A stretch of 64,000 bases of DNA from Octopus sinensis (lineage: Eukaryota): assembly GCF_006345805.1 (NCBI RefSeq), contig NC_043014.1, positions 5,270,001 through 5,334,000 on the forward strand, given 5' to 3'. This document shows positions 57,869-64,000 of the stretch, piece by piece (position 1 is the first letter of the stretch; each line of letters begins with the position of its first letter). Both the position numbers and the translations under genes were made by a program. Below the pieces are notes generated by a model. That model saw nothing but the letters and a program-made list of their open reading frames with translations. It made no database searches and was not told the DNA's origin.

Positions 57869-58259
57869 TGTTTGTGTGTGTGTGTGTTTGTATATAAATA
57901 TATTCTTTTACCCGTTTCAGTCATTTGACTGCGGCCATGCTACAGCACTGCGTTAAGTAGGACGACTCGTTTCAGGAATTATTCTTTGTAAGCCTATTGC
58001 TCATTCTGTCGGTATTTCTAGCCGAACCGCTATGTAACGCGGACATAAACAAACCGACATCAGTTGAGAATCGATAGTGGTGCGACAATAACAGACACAT
58101 ACATAAAACATAGATACATACACAGTATGTGTGCTATACACACACACACACACACTTACATCTATATATATATATATATACATAACATATATACATACAC
58201 ACATATATAGTTACGTATGTATGAACATACATATCTATCTATCAATCTATTTATCTACA

Positions 58260-58375
<116 letters not shown>

Positions 58376-59053
58376 CACACATCCCTAGTAAACACAAAGA
58401 AGTGTGGAATTGTACTCCTGTCCGATCGCTCTTTCACCAGACATAATCCTGGAGAGGGAAATAAGTGCGTAATGAAAAAAATCTAATGGTGGGGTTCTAG
58501 CATGGCCATGCCCTGTCGCTGCAACGTTTAGCCCTATTAATATTAGTGTTAAGTATTATATCTAGATGTACACTTGCACACACGCACCGAAACAAACACA
58601 TACAAACACACACACACGCACACATAGGAATACGTACATATTTACACACATTTATCTATTTCTCTCCATCAGGAACGGAAGTGAGGCGAGTTTTTTTGAA
58701 TCTTTTCTTTCCAACTGAAAATAAAACGTGCGAGTGCCAATGTAGATCGGTGAATTTCGTAATGTTTGACTGTAATTCACGTTGGTTTTTATATATGACA
58801 ATATGTAAGAACGAATGTAAATACATACACACAGACACACGGACAAACACACGCACAAATAAACACTAACACACACACATACGCACGCACACAGACACAC
58901 GTGCTCAATTGTACACGAACAACCACACTATACAGTGTATGTCCACTCACATATATGTGTTGCGTTTGTGTGTGTGTATGCGTATAAGTAGATACGTATA
59001 TTTGTGATATTTATGGTGTGTATGCTTAAGTATACGTGCATACGTATATATTG

Positions 59054-59154
<101 letters not shown>

Positions 59155-59231
59155 TGTATAGCACCCTTCTTTCAGTCTGAATCTACCAAATCTACTGACA
59201 TGGCTCTGGTGTGTGTGTGTGTGTGTGTGTC

Positions 59232-59530
59232 GAAGCGCTGTGGCCCAGTGGTTAGTGCAGCGGAGTCACGGTTGTAGGATCGCGGTTTCGATTCCCAGAC
59301 TGGGTGTTGTGAGTGTTTATTGAGCAAAAACACCTAAAGCTCTACGAGGCTCAGGGAGTGGGTTGTGTTGATCTCTGCTGTACTCTTTCGCTGCAACTTT
59401 CTCCCTTTCTTCTGTTGGCCTGCTCGCTTAGCCCGCGGGGTGGCGTCATTTGAAGGCTAAAACAAGGCGAAGCGCATTGTGACCGGCGATGTATAGCAAC
59501 AACTGTTAGCCTGGTCGGTCACGGTGATCA
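59232..59530 (+). mobile_element. tRNA-derived SINE (unit 5 copy, most complete)
   Basis: GTGGCCCAGTGGTTAG...GGTTTCGATTCCC head and full body. Confidence 0.7.
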
Positions 59531-60816
59531 GGGAGATATATATACGTATCATACGCAGACAACACACACACATACACACGTACATACACACACACCAGCA
59601 CAGATGCCCTCATCTACCCCCAACAAACAATACTCATACTGATACGCACGCACTTATACACAAATGGGCACAGACACACACGCACATACACGCACTTAAG
59701 CGCACACACGCACACAAGCACACGCACGCACACGCATGCACAATTTCACATATACGCCGATACTTATACATACACACAATATATGCCTACACGCGCACAC
59801 ACACATACACATACGTATATACACACAGACACACACACACACGCACACAAAAAGATGCGCACACATACGCACGCACACACGCATATTAATTCACATACCC
59901 AAATCTCACAACCCCACGGATACACGTATATACACCCATATACGCTTACACACACACATACAAACGCACACGTACATGCACATCAGAAACACGCACGCAC
60001 ATACATACACACACACACATACACACACACAAATGAACCCACACATACATCCCATACACACGGCACACAATTATACATACATGTATACACACATAAGCAC
60101 GTACAAGCACACACTCACACATACACTAATTAAAGCACAGTTATTCACCACACACACAGACTCTACGCATACACACACTGACACACACACATACGTACAC
60201 ACACACACAATACAAACAAAACACACACATGATACATATACATACACGCACACACACACATACTTCAAACAAGCAGTACCTACAACATGACCTGTGGTAG
60301 AGACAAAAGGAGCCACGCCCAATTCCTTCTTCGTTGACCTTAACACTACTAGCCCTACACCACGCAAAGATTAACAGCCACAACCACACACACATACACA
60401 CACACACGCACACACACACACACACATGTCAACTTTGCACACATAAACATTTACACACACACGCACACGCAGACCTCCGCGTCCGCACATATCCACACTT
60501 ACACACACATTCCTCCTCCTCTACCACTCTCCTGTCTTTGAAAGAACTTTTCTTCACCCATTTCCTTACGGTCATTCAAAATGTGTCCGCGTGTGAACCG
60601 TTGGCGATCTTTTTTCCTCTGCCTTCCCTTCTCAGGATCTTTCCTTCTCGTATTTTTCCGACGAAGAGCTCCGCTCGAAACGTTAAACATTCCTTCTTTC
60701 CTTCTTTCCTGAGCGTCCAATAATACTATATTTGTTCCACGTCCTCGCATTGTTGTGTTTCTTTGTGCTTTCTTGTTTGGATTGAATTTAACTATATATA
60801 TACATGTGTGTGTTTC

Positions 60817-60848
<32 letters not shown>

Positions 60849-60900
60849 AATATGTGGAAATATGTGTGTGTATATATATATGTGTGTGTGTGTGTGTGTA

Positions 60901-61510
60901 CGAGCAGACATACCCGGCATTGCTGGGGATAAAAACGGGAAAGTTGGTATATAATATATTCGAGTCATTTTGAAACAGGTGATATGGGAAAGTGCAACAT
61001 TGACAACAAAACATTTGTAGAGTAAATGCTCGGCTAATTCGACTAAGGAACATGCTATGCGTCCGTTTGGAGTGTTTCAGGCCCTAACCTGTCATGCAAA
61101 ATCGGAGGTGGGGTTTGTGTGATTTTTGAACGCACCGAAAAGCTGTCAGTGGATATACTCTCCTTTGCAGCAGTGTGCGCTGTGTGTAACACGGCCCATC
61201 ATCGGAAATGTTGACACCTCACGTCGGGTTTGTTGTCATACATCACTCATAAAGCAAATTTGGAGGAACTGTGGTTGTTCATTCGCGGGTACCAGGGAAC
61301 CAATGAGGGGACAGACTTGCCCTTGAACTTTGACGTCGGCGTAAATTCATGTTTATCTATCTTCTTAGATTCACCAAACGATGTCATTTGAAATGCAGGG
61401 TTGTATTGTATGATATTGTTCAGAAAATCGTTCGACTGGATGGAAGCGCCTTCTAGAAGATTCCTAAGAGGTTGAGATGGTAGTGTTGGCAATGATACCT
61501 GTCCGAATAT
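60901..61510 (-). mobile_element. Helitron remnant (unit 5)
   Basis: YNPAFQMTSFG; terminal CTAG carries the same mutation as unit 3. Confidence 0.7.
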
Positions 61511-61599
61511 GTTGTCATCTATTGCATTGTTTTAAGTTCTAAACGATTATAAATACCCTGAAGTTCTATTTATATGATGCTATTTCTATTTTTTCCCAG

Positions 61600-61651
61600 A
61601 ACCGTTTCATCTCCAAGAAATCTCTCGACGATAAACCTGATGACACACCAA
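61600..61651 (+). CDS. Gene 5 exon 2; exons 3-4 are not in the window
   Basis: ttttcccAG acceptor, GTAAGA donor; 52 nt. Confidence 0.7.
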
Positions 61652-61869
61652 GTAAGAACTAATTTTACGGCTAAAGTCTTTTACCCGTGTCTCCTTAAGT
61701 AATGGTTTATAATTTCACCAACTTTGAATTAGTTCCACATTACTATCCATATGTCCACAATAATATATACTAAGACATTTGCCTGCATTTATTTCGACAT
61801 ATGTTCTACTTTACAATAATTTCTCTAATATACTATGCCATTTATTGAGGGTATATGAGTATATATGCA

Positions 61870-63460
61870 GTGCTACGTCGAGAATTGTTTCGGTCTGCAC
61901 GGTTCCTCCGAGTGTGCTCTTCGCCGAGTGTCCGAGGCGGCCGGTAAGTTCACTATGAAAAAATTAGAATGCTCAGAGCGAGCCCCACCGACTTGCAAAC
62001 GAAAAGCATGTAATGCCCTCTTCATCTGAGTATCAAATGCCCGAGCTGGCGCTTCACTGCATGTATATCTACAATTCAGCATTCGTGAATAGAGACCCGA
62101 AATAATGATGTTCCACGTTCCTACACAGTGCGTATTTGTCAATCCTGCCTTGGGGTACTCGGTTGCCAACCCATTCCGTGCACGTTGTTGGTGACCATCA
62201 GACGAATCAGGTAGCAGCATGTCGTCTACTAATAAAAGTCCACCGATCAAGTGGAGATGAATTGGGGTACCTCTACCACAATGGCTGCGCATATTCAACC
62301 AGATCACAAAAAAGAATGTGAGAAGGGGCACTAACAATGCACACTTCAACTAAGTGAAACCTTCACGTTGAAAACTCGACTTTTACATAAATACAATAAT
62401 TTGAACATCCATATAAGTATTTTATGGCAACCAGTATTTGCCCATTAAACTCACCTTCCTGGCAAACCATCCACAACATGCCCCAGGGCACGTGATCGTG
62501 TGCCTTTTCGTGGTTAACAGCGTTTGCTGGAAGATCTATCTTTGAACGACTAAATGGTCGGGTGTTCCACGTCCCGGACAGTAATCTTGGGCACGAAAAT
62601 TTCCCTACATATATTTTCCTGACATCTAGGGTAGACATTTCTATTATTAGAACACACTCTTTGGTCTCTGTTTGAAAAAATTGTGATTGTCACCCCTTAT
62701 TATCATTGCCTTGGTGTTTTTTCCAGAGTTCCCATCCACCTAGCATACATGGGTCACTCAGAGAATACCATCTGTAATTAAGGTTTCTAAAATATCAAGC
62801 CGAACGTGCTTTTCACCAGCAGTTTTACCACTTTTAAGTGAATTGAGCTCAAATAAGCGTTCAACCGAAGAAGAACCTGCCGAAAAAATTAATACAATCA
62901 CGAATGTATTTCGTTCATTCAGGCTGGTCACTCTCAATTTGAATGCAAAAGTCTCCACATTTCTGTTTCTGATCCCAGCATCCACTGCGGCTTCCAACTG
63001 TATTCTGTAGGTCGCACTGGACTTACCAATTTACAGTGTTCGGCAGACTGTAGGAATTTTCAGGTTTTCAGACATTTAGGAAATGCCGAGTTGACAACTC
63101 CACCCCTCCTTTTACCCGAACGTTTAGCAAAGAGCGAAAGAGGACCGCAATCTATCACAAACCTCTGTCACCAAGTATTTCTATAACAGATACCCTTATA
63201 AATATCCCTGTCTTAAAATAATATCTCTAGCATGCAGAGGAGATTGTGTATCCTGCACAGAAGCCTCCTATGACCTCTCCATTAAGTTCACTGACGACAT
63301 TCCTTCCAATCAATCCTTCTCACGGTTATCAGTGCCAAGGTGTGCACTGCAGTCTCCTTGCAGGACAAATGACTTTACCCCAAATATATCTTAAGCTGAG
63401 GGGAATTTGCTTAGGATTGATTTGTAGTTGACCTCGGTGTTTGATGCATATACATACAGT
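61870..63460 (-). mobile_element. RTE-type LINE remnant (unit 5)
   Basis: LLLVDDMLL; VNHEKAHDHVPWGMLWMV. Confidence 0.68.
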
Positions 63461-63461
63461 A

Positions 63462-64000
63462 AGCTAAGGGCTCCAAGGAATAGCCATACCGCGTCATCCA
63501 TCGAGTGGGATAAAAGCCGTTGCGTCTGGATCTTGAGTGGAGGAGTCCATTCGGGAAATATATTGCAGTCTCCACCCAACTTAATCTTGGATGCATGGGG
63601 AGGGAATACAAAATATGCGCGTTCCAGGACCCCGAAGCAGGTCCAGAAGGGATCAACCGTTCATAATTGAGAATTAGACTGTCAAAACCGGAGCAGACAA
63701 AGCGCTCTATCGGTGTCTCCTCAAGAAAACTTCATTACTTCGGAGGCATACACGTGGAAGTAGGTTGGAAACTCCACCGTGCAGGTGTGGTGCCAACTAT
63801 GTCAGCACTGGCGGAAGTGGGATGCTCACAATCCCTGGCTTTCTGATTGGATTATGGAGTGAATCCCACTAGGTATTAAGTGATACCTCCTGAAGCTCAA
63901 GCAGAATGAAGGAGTGGTGTAGCTGCTGGAAGTAAATGCACCCAATAGCGAGGCCAAATACAAATGCTTCCTTAAGAAAGTCACTGCAGCTTTGGATATA
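63462..64000 (+). mobile_element. Same LINE family in the opposite orientation
   Basis: The + strand peptide RNSHTASSIEWD..SGGVHSGNI.QSPPNLI..KQVQKGSTVHN matches the - strand ORF at 35562-35771. Confidence 0.7.

Noticed and set aside
59232-59305. tRNA gene
   Set aside because: A/B boxes are present but there is no proper cloverleaf, and it runs into a SINE body repeated in every unit

Overview
Eukaryotic, AT-rich, microsatellite-dense DNA, probably from an octopus or other cephalopod (inferred from the SINE families and the repeat landscape). Most ORFs in the supplied track are microsatellite or TE artefacts. The real content is a + strand tandem array of at least 5 paralogous genes; exon-1 starts are at 9410, 23835, 45326 and 57213, and the first and last genes run off the window. 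My 4-exon GT-AG model (144+52+75+497/500 nt, about 255-256 aa) encodes a type II signal-anchor protein with a short stalk and a C-terminal 'short-chain collagen C4 / spongin NC1-like' Cys-rich domain, without a Gly-X-Y helix. The paralogues have a nearly invariant scaffold, with differences concentrated in short aromatic/His-rich patches. Two pairs of these patches sit at equivalent positions in the domain's two internal repeats, and the alleles are shuffled between copies. This suggests a diversifying recognition-protein family. Gene 1 has a 14-nt frameshift deletion. Gene 3 looks like a fusion of two units and carries a duplicated exon 2. The units also carry inherited TE fossils (Helitron RepHel fragment, antisense RTE-type LINE, tRNA-SINE) and copy-specific insertions (mariner, Tx1-like LINE in a GATA array, Helitron, foldback elements). 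Exon models come from reading the sequence only and need RNA-seq.
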